Positions 56,052 through 64,000 of a stretch of DNA of 64,000 nt are shown piece after piece. Position 1 is the stretch's first letter; each line of letters begins with the position of its first letter. The stretch comes from Octopus bimaculoides (Eukaryota), in NCBI RefSeq assembly GCF_001194135.2, contig NC_068982.1, forward strand, positions 111,891,569 through 111,955,568, given 5' to 3'. The position numbers and the translations under genes were made by a program. Under the pieces are notes generated by a model. It was not told the DNA's origin. It was given only the letters and a program-made list of their open reading frames with translations, and ran no database searches.

Positions 56052-56587
56052 CTATCTCTCCCCCCCTCTCTCTCTCACACACACACAGCGAGTGAGTTTA
56101 ATAAGCAAGGCTGATATATAGAAAGCAAAATAGATGTATAGATCGATAGATAGTTTCTATCTATTAGACGTAATATTCCTAAGGAAGTATGGGATGCTGA
56201 ATTTTTATGCTACATAAGAAGATGGAAAGACCTAAGTGGTATATAGTTATTCTGTATAGAAGGTTAAATAGGCCAAGGAAAAGATGCTAAGATATGAGAA
56301 GTATTCAAACAGTACTTTAGAAAACTCGATGAAAGGATAATTTTAAAGTAGAATAGTTCAAAGCTGTGGAATGATAAAAATCCTGTTAAAGAGCGAAAAT
56401 GAAATAATATCGAATAATATTTACAACCACATAATTATATCTAAAAAAAGAACTGGAATTGCCTTACTTGGGTCACTAGGGGAAAAGAAAAGCCAAAAAT
56501 CGAAAAAATCAACAGTAATATGCAAATGCGCCCAAAATGGCGGAATCAGCTGTCAAGGCCTTGTAAGAATATTTGAAATATCGCTAA

Positions 56588-56736
56588 GTGGTAAGAAACT
56601 TGGTAAGAAACTTGCTTTCCAGCCACATTGTTTTGAATTGAGTGTCACTATGTGGTACCCCGGGTAAGTGTCTTCTCTATTACCCTCGACCAACCAAATC
56701 CTTGTCAGTGGAAATTGAAGAAGTCTGTCATATATA
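56588..56736 (+). mobile_element. CORE-type SINE (family C) 5' half
   Basis: GGTAAGAAACTTGCTTTCCAGCCACAT...GGTAAGTGTCTTCTCTATTACCCTCGACCAACCAAATCCTTGT; runs into a gap. Confidence 0.7.
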
Positions 56737-57234
56737 NNNNNNNNNNNNNNNNNNNNNNNNNNNNNNNNNNNNNNNNNNNNNNNNNNNNNNNNNNNNNNNN
56801 NNNNNNNNNNNNNNNNNNNNNNNNNNNNNNNNNNNNNNNNNNNNNNNNNNNNNNNNNNNNNNNNNNNNNNNNNNNNNNNNNNNNNNNNNNNNNNNNNNNN
56901 NNNNNNNNNNNNNNNNNNNNNNNNNNNNNNNNNNNNNNNNNNNNNNNNNNNNNNNNNNNNNNNNNNNNNNNNNNNNNNNNNNNNNNNNNNNNNNNNNNNN
57001 NNNNNNNNNNNNNNNNNNNNNNNNNNNNNNNNNNNNNNNNNNNNNNNNNNNNNNNNNNNNNNNNNNNNNNNNNNNNNNNNNNNNNNNNNNNNNNNNNNNN
57101 NNNNNNNNNNNNNNNNNNNNNNNNNNNNNNNNNNNNNNNNNNNNNNNNNNNNNNNNNNNNNNNNNNNNNNNNNNNNNNNNNNNNNNNNNNNNNNNNNNNN
57201 NNNNNNNNNNNNNNNNNNNNNNNNNNNNNNNAAA

Positions 57235-57398
57235 ACAAACAGGACACAGTAGTGTGTCGATAAACCAGCTGGAGGAGATGTCCTCCTGGGGCTAAAGCAA
57301 CAGTAACATCCACCCCTAGGGGTCAGCCACACTTAAGTGGCAATACACTTCACTTTATCGTGCAGTTACTGTTAATACTTCATTTAGAGAATTAACAT
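57235..57398 (-). repeat. Palindrome-rich repeat family F (copy 1)
   Basis: About 6 differences over about 160 bp versus the reverse complement of 63212-63372. Confidence 0.85.
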
Positions 57399-57400
57399 TG

Positions 57401-57450
<50 letters not shown>

Positions 57451-57469
57451 ACCAAAACAGCTACTAATA

Positions 57470-57680
57470 CAGGGTGCGGCAGAAATACATCCCACATGTT
57501 AAACTTTCACCTATGTGCTGCTAATGAACTTATGCTAGTGCATATGTTGTTTTCATTTAGCTAATTAACGAAAACTGTAACCCTTTGTTTAAACAACAGT
57601 AAAAGTAATTTTTCATAAATGTTATTTAATTTTCCTTTTGTCAACCTTTCAAATGTAGGAGGTATTTCTACCGCACTCTG
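57470..57680. mobile_element. Tc1/mariner-type MITE
   Basis: TIRs CAGGGTGCGGCAGAAATACATCCCACAT and (reverse complement) CAGAGTGCGGTAGAAATACCTCCTACAT. TA duplication at 57468-57469 and 57681-57682. Confidence 0.85.
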
Positions 57681-57779
57681 TAGTTTCATGCTTTTATGAC
57701 ACTTGAACAGGCATATTTATAAAGTACGCCATGTATCTTAAAAGCAATCTTTCCAGCTCTATTATTGCGTTATATATTT

Positions 57780-57994
57780 TCTTTTCTACTCTAGGCACAA
57801 GGCCCGAAAATTTGGGGAAGTAGGCCGGTCGATTAGATCGACTCCAGTACGCAACTGGTACTTAATTTATCGACCTCGAAAGGATGAAAGGCAAAGTCGA
57901 CCGCAGTGGAATTTGAATTCAGAATGTAAAGGCAGACGAAATATCGCTAATCATTTCGCCCAGCGTGCTAACGTTTCTGCCAGCTCGCCGCCTT
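57780..57994 (-). mobile_element. SINE family A, full length with TSD
   Basis: Flanked by TGCGTTATATATTT and TGCGCTATATATATATTT. Confidence 0.93.
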
Positions 57995-58709
57995 ATGCGC
58001 TATATATATATTTTAAGAACAAGGATGCTGGACGTTTTATCCAGGTTTTTTTTTGTCTTATTTTTTAACTGTCCAGCGTCCTTGTTTTTAAAATATATCT
58101 AACGCAGAAATAGATCCTGAAAGATTGCTTTAAGATACATGGCGTATTTTATGAATATGTTCAATTATCATAAAAACATGAAACTATTAGCAGCTTTTTC
58201 ACTGGATGGAGTACTTTTTTTGTTGATTCTACTTCTATTGGATCTTTAAACTATATATATATAATTTAAGGTATATTCCGTTAGGAATGTAGCATAGTAC
58301 AAAACAGAGCTTGTTCACCCTTATAATTACCAAATAGCTGGTGGTATTACGATATACTTCCGAGTCTAGATTTGGGCATTCACCGTGTGTGAAAATAAAA
58401 TTGAATAAGATATTGATTAAAAAATATCTGTATAACCGTACTCCTTCTTGTTGACTCTGCCTTATTCAATTATATATATCAACACATAGACCCACAAGTA
58501 CACACACATTAACTCACATTCACGTATTCATAACTACTGGGAACTGTGTTGGCTGAAAGATGTCTTGTCATTTTCTTAGTGACCATATTGAAATCTGCGA
58601 AGTAAATCTCAAAGAAAAGATACCTCTGTGGGATTACCCTGGGTTTCATGTCCATAAAGCGCTTAGCTTTACAGCGTTTCTTCAGATCCTAAGACCCGTT
58701 TGTTTTGGG

Positions 58710-58935
58710 GTCTGTATGTGTGTGCGTGCCATTCTGCTTGTTCTCATGACTTGAGAACCGGCTTTACTTTGTTTACGTCTCTATAACTTAGGAGTTCGGA
58801 AAAAGAGACCTATTGAATAACAACTAGGCTGAAAACTAAGTAGTGGGCTCGATGTAATCGATTAAACCCTTCACGGTAGTGGCCGAAGAATCGAGGATTC
58901 CGACAGGCCAATGACTGAAACAAGTAAAATATAAA
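58710..58935 (+). mobile_element. CORE-type SINE (family C) 3' half, diverged
   Basis: TTGTTTACGTCTCTATAACTTAGGAGTTCGGAAAAAGAGACC...CAATGACTGAAACAAGTAAAA, homologous to 49130-49300. Confidence 0.65.
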
Positions 58936-59895
58936 TGATCGGAGCATAGCTTGTAACAGAGGATGTGAACCGATACAAAATATAACTTGTAACTATAAAA
59001 TGTATTGAAAAAAAAAATATCATTATAAACCATAACTCCATTGAAGACTGCAAGAACTTCAGAACAATGGGAATTATGGTCAATGCATAACGGACGGAAC
59101 AAACAATACTAATTCTTCAGAAGTGATTATACAAAATTAATATTAATATTTTATATTAATATGAAAACAGAAATAGACGTATAATACTACGTGCTGAGAA
59201 ACGAATCAATAATGAATCTAATAACGTTATCGAAGTTTTCTGCTCGAGACGTTAAAACTTTTCTTCGCCCTCTGAATTGTTTGTATTTATTATTTGCCGA
59301 CGCTAAACGTTACTAGTTCTTTTCCATTCTATTGCTTTAATAATAAGGAAACACTCGAGCATTTTGTAGGAGAAATATATAACGATTTAGAGAAAATTTG
59401 ATCCATACGTTCTAATAATGAAAAGACAAACAAGGAATGACTTATTGATACATTTGGGAGAGCAACCCTTTCTGATCGACAAAATGTGGATTGATATCAC
59501 AGAAGGTCATTCAGACTTAAATGTGTTAGCATGAACTTGACAGTGATATAGTGTATCAGTCCATAAATGATCGTCTGGGGAGTATATTTATTCTCTGAAA
59601 TATGATCTGTATATTAAACAAAGGGATATGCACTTATATAATGTACCGAGAATCTTATTTTTCATCGAATTTCTTTAATTTGTTGCTAGAAATAAAGTAA
59701 AATACCTCATGGATATCAAAGATGTGGACATCGTGGAGAATGTAGTACAGACGGGAACCATTTGGCATGCGTAACTCTATACACAATCATATACATAAAA
59801 CTGCAGTGTAAATACATATATATACACGCACAGAAACAAACATATAAATACATGCGTATATAAACGTGTGCATATACATACATACGTGTGTGTGC

Positions 59896-59940
<45 letters not shown>

Positions 59941-61455
59941 TACATATACACTTACATGTATTGATATTGAAATTGATATGTATGTTTAAGTTTACGGGAG
60001 TTTATATATTTGGGTGTATTATTGGAAAACATATAACTTTTGTAGTTGTACGTCGAGCAAAGGTCAAGGAAAATTAATTTAGCTCCATCATAGATTGGTT
60101 ATAAATTCATATTAGTGGAACAAAATGTGACAGACGTTAAACGTATCTGAGTGAGATAGGCAAATTCATTATAAAAGATTATAAGATTCGAAGTAGCCGC
60201 ATAGATGCTCTGAATAGCAGAAATGTAGTTCTGATCACTCAAAATAAGAAGGAAAGCTTCATTCGTAATTCTCGATTTAACAATTCAAAAGTATAAGTCA
60301 TCTAAATATGTGAATGCTTTAAAGTAAAGTAAAGTAAAAGTTAACATGCATAACCAGTACTGCAACATATTCGTGATGTGATGGTTAACACACAGAGAAA
60401 ACCTAAAGAAAATAAGGTTGAAGAGGCAGCAAGGGTGATACATGTGGTCTTCCCACATACGAGAAATAGCAACCAAGTCTCTCTCAAATTTATGCCCTAA
60501 ATTCTTTGACGAGATCTCACTGGACAAAGTGAACGTTGTATGTTGTCTTGGTAAGAGATAGTAATGTAACAGTTGCAACGGTTTTTATCACACGTTCACT
60601 AGATCATAGCTGATCTAGGGTTAAAAAAAAAGAACAAAATTAAAAAACAACGACAATAATGTTGGAACTGTTTGGCGGAAAGTTCCATTTTTCATTCGTT
60701 AGCATTACACTTTCAAAAACCGCGATTACCTCACTAATTAAATCAATAATACGAAGTCTTTGTTTTGGTCTTTTGGTGAAAAAAGAATTTTGAAATTTGA
60801 ATTAAGTTAGTATGGCGATTTGTGAACTCAGATTCACGAACCACGGAACTGAACTGAAGAACCACGTTATCTGGCTTGTGTGACAACATCGTTTCTTATA
60901 CCATCTTGATCAATTTGATTCGAGAATATTTTTTTTACCGACAGCCAAAAACTGATCGGATTATCACGTTTCATCACTGCAATTAAAGGACCAAATCTCT
61001 CAAGAAACTTCAATAGTGTGTGTTTACTTGTGAGTATGTTTACTTTGGGTGTGTGTGAGTGTGTGTATGTACGTGTGTGCGCATGTGTGCGAACATGTAT
61101 GCGTCTGTGTGTGTGAGTGTGTGTTGTGAGTGTGTGTGTGTAACAGAGAGAGGGTGAGAGAAAGAGAGAAAAATGAGGCAGAGGATGCAACATAGAAATA
61201 GGGAGCGAGGAAGAGAGAGCGGGCGAGAGAGAGAGAGAGAGAGAAAGAGAGAGGGAGAGCGAGAGTGAGAGTGAGAGAGAAATAAATAGAGGAAGAAATT
61301 CTAATTAAAGAACGACTGAATCCCGGACACACTCTTCGCAATAATTAAAGAACGGTATCGATTCAAGCTTTATAGGAGATAAGAGACACATACCTAAATA
61401 ACTTACACACACACACACATACACACACATACACACACACACACACATATATATG

Positions 61456-61486
<31 letters not shown>

Positions 61487-62557
61487 GTATATANNNNNNN
61501 NNNNNNNNNNNNNNNNNNNNNNNNNNNNNNNNNNNNNNNNNNNNNNNNNNNNNNNNNNNNNNNTATATATATATATATATATATATGCACACACACATAC
61601 ACACACAATACACACACAGACCCACCTAAACGGACGCACACACGCACACACACACACACACACACATATATAGACATATATATTTATATAGTAAATGTTT
61701 AAAGAACAAAAGAAATAAAAGAAAACCTGACTGTGAATAAGAGTACAAAGTAATTAATTTTATGCTGTAAGAAAGAAACACACGAAAGTTCAGTGTTTCG
61801 GTCAATGGTTCTTTATGAAGGTAAAGAAGGGAAGAAAATTCCATGGAAGTAGTAGTGTTTGCAATGAAATTTATTATAGAATAACAGAAATGGGGAGAGT
61901 GGAAAGATTCTTCACATCCAAAATAGAGCTTTTCAACCAAGGGAGATAACATACGATTGTCCGTACCTTTCTGTGTGTTAGAGATACAGAAGCGAATCCA
62001 TTTCCTTTATGTGCGTGAGTAGAGGATTCTCTTGGGATGCTACACGTGTTTAGGTATGTGATCAACTTGTAGCTGATGTGAACAATGTATAAAGATAAGT
62101 GTGTGTGTGTGTGTGCGTGTGTGCGTGTGTGTGTGTGTGAGAGAGAGAAAGAGTGTGAGAGAGAGAGAGAGAGAGTGATAGACGACTGGTGCACACTCAT
62201 AGATGTGAATAGGTGGGTGTTAAGAAGTGCAGTAAAAGAGGTTTATCAATGGCAGCATCACTATAGGAAAACCAGACGGTTATTAATTTTAGAAGATTAA
62301 CAAGTATTAATTTGAGCTGCCTAATGAAGAAAAACTAACTGTTGTTCAGGATGAAGACATGGAGCGGTTGATTCATTGTGTTAAACAATTTCTCAAATTG
62401 AGTCTCACCAAAGAAATTGAAATTGCGAGCTACAAGTCGGTGCAAAAAGGCTGTTAATACATCGGATGCTTCATAGGTATACACCGTTTTTCCTGTTTCT
62501 GAAATATTTTGGATATTTCGTTACATAGACTCAGTTGAACGCATATATATGTATATA

Positions 62558-62602
<45 letters not shown>

Positions 62603-63050
62603 ATATATCTATATCTATATATATCTATACATACACATACACACACATATATATATATACATATATATACATATATATATATACATATACTTATATATAT
62701 CTACATATATNNNNNNNNNNNNNNNNNNNNNNNNNNNNNNNNNNNNNNNNNNNNNNNNNNNNNNNNNNNNNNNNNNNNNNNNNNNNNNNNNNNNNNNNNN
62801 NNNNNNNNNNNNNNNNNNNNNNNNNNNNNNNNNNNNNNNNNNNNNNNNNNNNNNNNNNNNNNNNNNNNNNNNNNNNNNNNNNNNNNNNNNNNNNNNNNNN
62901 NNNNNNNNNNNNNNNNNNNNNNNNNNNNNNNNNNNNNNNNNNNNNNNNNNNNNNNNNNNNNNNNNNNNNNNNNNNTATATATATACACACAGAGAGATAT
63001 ATACATATATGTATATATATATAAATATTAATATATACATATATATATAC

Positions 63051-63099
<49 letters not shown>

Positions 63100-63211
63100 T
63101 ATACGTATATATATATACACATATATATACATATATATACATATATATACGCATATATACATATATATATACGTATGCACAATATATACATATATATATA
63201 TATATATATAT

Positions 63212-63421
63212 GTTAATTCTCTAAATGAAGTATTAACAGTAACTGCACGATAAAGTGTAGTATATTGCCACTTAAGTGTGGCTGACCCCTAGGGGTGGAT
63301 GTTACTGTTGCTTTTAGCCCCAGGAGGACATGTCCTCCAGCTGGCTTATCGACACACGACTGTGTCCTGTTTGCCAAGGGAGTTATCCCTCTCACCACGG
63401 CCAGCAGCACGAACGTATCCG
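63212..63421 (+). repeat. Palindrome-rich repeat family F (copy 2), embedded in (TA)n
   Basis: Inverted homolog of 57235-57398, with TA-rich microsatellite on both sides. Confidence 0.85.
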
Positions 63422-63957
63422 GATATATATATACATATTATAATTATACACATTAAATTAAATTAAAATTCACTCCGTGATGGAAACTGCGTTTTTCTGA
63501 GATCTAGGTCGTAATACACACGTGGGTATAGAAGATGGATATGAATTGTACACGGCTGCATATTTTTACGAGTGCGGATAGATATCAGTCACACGACATC
63601 GCTTGATCGTTTGCATATCTAAAAAATACTCGGGAATTTATCCGGAATGTTACGCTGAAAAGAACAGTAGGTAATTAGGTTCGAAATGCGTCCGCAATTA
63701 ACCACCGCCTCGTTAATTTATATTAATTCGTCTTTTTTTATTTTGCCAACATTAAAATGTGTTATTTTCTCGGAGATTTTATAGTAGTAGAAAAGAAGAT
63801 ATTAGCGTCTATTTCTAATTCAGTACGTGGCGTTGCACATAGCTGACCCCTTGTTATAATTATGTATATAAATATAGAATAATTTGTAAAATTTACCTAA
63901 AAGGTTTTTATTTATCTATATATATATATATATATACATATACTTATATATATCTAC

Positions 63958-64000
<43 letters not shown>

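Larger units (their letters stand above)
57458..58255. mobile_element. Foldback element, family E (copy 2), carrying two nested insertions
   Basis: Right arm 58071-58195 is the inverse of left-arm pieces 57458-57469, 57681-57780 and 57995-58033. Confidence 0.7.

Noticed and set aside
62170-62535. Possible Tc1-like transposon remnant
   Set aside because: The end resembles a TIR, but I found no partner TIR or convincing transposase motif.
57235-63421. Family F copies as the TIRs of one 6-kb transposon
   Set aside because: The microsatellite-adjacent ends face inward and there is no internal transposase. Independent insertions are more parsimonious.

Overview
AT-rich, microsatellite-saturated eukaryotic DNA with many N gaps. 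No protein-coding gene is supportable. Nearly all ORFs in the track are translated microsatellites or N runs, so the window reads as intergenic or deep-intronic. The repeat content resembles an octopod cephalopod genome; this is inference from recalled octopus SINE families, not a search. The window holds 14 recognisable copies of one tRNA-headed SINE and several copies of CORE/V-type SINEs. It also holds fossil fragments of L1/Tx1, CR1-like and possibly Penelope-like retroelements, a deleted mariner, a Tc1/mariner MITE and foldback elements. The best lead is a near-canonical minimal type I hammerhead ribozyme (9287-9332) inside a tRNA-headed SINE-like element. A second repeat family (two copies) and a third decayed motif carry the same hammerhead-like fold. 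This suggests non-autonomous, ribozyme-bearing elements that may use Penelope-like machinery. All alignments and translations were done by eye.
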